This document shows positions 62,463 to 64,000 of a stretch of DNA of 64,000 nucleotides, in pieces. The notes below the pieces were generated by a model, which worked only from the letters and a program-made list of their open reading frames with translations, searched no databases and had not been told where the DNA came from. The stretch is taken from positions 3,628,741 through 3,692,740 of the forward strand of contig OZ037768.1 of NCBI GenBank assembly GCA_964035545.1, in the 5' to 3' direction. The stretch comes from Bugula neritina (taxonomy: Eukaryota > Animalia > Bryozoa). Within the stretch, counting starts at the first letter, position 1; the number at the start of each line of letters is the position of its first letter. Both the position numbers and the translations under genes were made by a program.

Positions 62463-63998
62463 ATGAGTGACGTGGATTTACTAGACATGCTGTTTGATGA
62501 CAGCAACAGTTTAATGGAATTGAACGAACGGTCATCAGTGTCTCAAACTGTTACTGAGCCTCAAACAAGTTTTCTTCAACTTCAAGCAAACCCAAAGTGC
62601 AATAATTATAATAATATTCATCAAAGTTCTCTGGGACAAGTATCACACCCTTGTAATACTTACTTTGAGGCTCATTCTGATTCTCAGCTAAGCTCTAACA
62701 CCAAACTTCAACGCAAAGACGGGATGGGCACTTTTACTTTACCTCTAGATCTGGATCTTTTCTCTGGAAATGAATGTGCAGCTCAAACTCATTCCCAAGC
62801 TGCGACTTCAAATTTAGACGTTGACTGGTCATCCACTTTTCTAAACTCGTCTCTCAATCTGGTAAGACTGCCACAAAATGCTATCACTGTGTCAGTAATA
62901 CTCTCTAAGTCTATCACTATCACTATGTCTAGTCTACACTCTATAACTAATCTATAAGTATAAGTGCTATTTACTTTGAGTAACTACTGAATGGTTTGAG
63001 TTTATGATAGTCATTAGCTCGATAATTGAAGGCGTAACTTAGAGTGATTTCCAAATCATTAACATAGAGTTAAGCTGATGGTTGAAGTCTTTATAATTAT
63101 TCATTTATACTATAACTATAGTAGAATCATTATCAAAATTAAAAATTCATTGGCTCTTCTTGTGGTTATCTACAAATACATACAGATCACATATGCCTAT
63201 TGCTCTAATCTAACATACATACATACCTACAGTATACTGGCTGTCGGGTGTCAGTCAGCATATTAAATTTTGTCTATGTCAGATTCGCAGTAATTTACAC
63301 TGGCAAGACACATTTTCACTGCAATACTGGCATGTTCTAAAGCTCATTGATAAAATTTCCTTTGTTAGCTTTTCCTATGCCGGCATGCCACGTATTCAGT
63401 GGCCTCATCATTGGCTTTTGCGTCTTTACCCTCCACTCTTCCTGGCTTCTTCCTGCTACACATCATCACCTGTCATTTGTAATCTAATGTTATCATTTTT
63501 TCATCCCCTATCAAATCATTTACAATCCTTTTCATGAATGTTAAGTTATTGTTTTTAATTCTGAAATAAGACCATGTTTGTACTGAGATAATGTATAGAG
63601 TTATTTATATTTATGTTTGAATTTGTACCTGTAGGACGGCTTAGACCAGAATGAGTTTTTCAATGCACTCATGGAAACAAATGTACCTGATGAGGTGAAA
63701 GAACAGAAACAGCAACAGCCCTCCTCAAAGCAGTGTCACGATCATGCCTACTCCATAACGCCAGCCTCTCCCAACAGTGATAGTGGCGTGTCCAGTGGGC
63801 CATACTCCCCCTCTAATTCCACAAACAGTTTGGAAGATGTGCCGTTTGATCTTGAGCGGGAATTGTTTGCTCCTCTTGACCTCAAAAGTTACGAGAATGC
63901 TGACATCCTCCCAGATGTAGACCCAATGCTACTAGACTCACTATCAGACTGTGGGTCCAGCCCAGGCCTTGCAGGAAATGAATCACCCATAAATTTTG
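62463..63998 (+). CDS. CREB3/CREB-H-like bZIP transcription factor, N-terminal part (bZIP lies beyond the window)
   Basis: Exon 62463-62861 begins MSDVDLLDMLFD (acidic LxxLF-type activation segment as in CREB3/CREB3L3). Exon 63635-63998 has DHAY (HCF-1-binding D/E-H-x-Y motif) and SPNSDSGVSS (DSGxS degron as in CREB-H). The bZIP is not visible, so the family is inferred from these motifs. Confidence 0.7.
62880..63300. repeat. Drifting period-6 tract (CREB3-like intron 1)
   Basis: ctaagt ctatca ctatca ctatgt ... tataag tataag tgctat; starts ~20 nt after the exon-1 donor. Confidence 0.75.
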
Positions 63999-64000
63999 GT

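Overview
AT-rich, intron-rich animal (invertebrate, probably lophotrochozoan; taxon is inference) genomic DNA with six spliced protein-coding genes that I reconstructed by hand from GT-AG exon chains. In order: DIP2 (minus strand, 3' part runs off the left edge) head-to-head with an SLC41A Mg2+ transporter (plus, complete); a SYK/ZAP70-type tandem-SH2 tyrosine kinase (plus, complete) tail-to-tail with trichoplein TCHP (minus, complete); TCHP head-to-head with a GRAMD2-type GRAM+TM protein (plus); and the 5' end of a CREB3/CREB-H-like gene (plus, runs off the right edge). Introns carry many minisatellites, several MITEs, a tRNA-derived SINE head and a decayed RLE-type non-LTR retrotransposon 3' end. 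The most striking unexplained signal is non-coding: the 5' end of each gene (inferred for SYK) has an adjacent 0.3-1.3 kb tract with 6-nt periodicity in which the hexamer drifts gradually along the DNA, so no consensus repeat exists. I did not see comparable tracts in internal introns. Other leads are splice-site-duplicating minisatellites, stop-free in-frame introns, candidate microexons and uORF-loaded leaders. All exon coordinates are manual predictions without RNA data.
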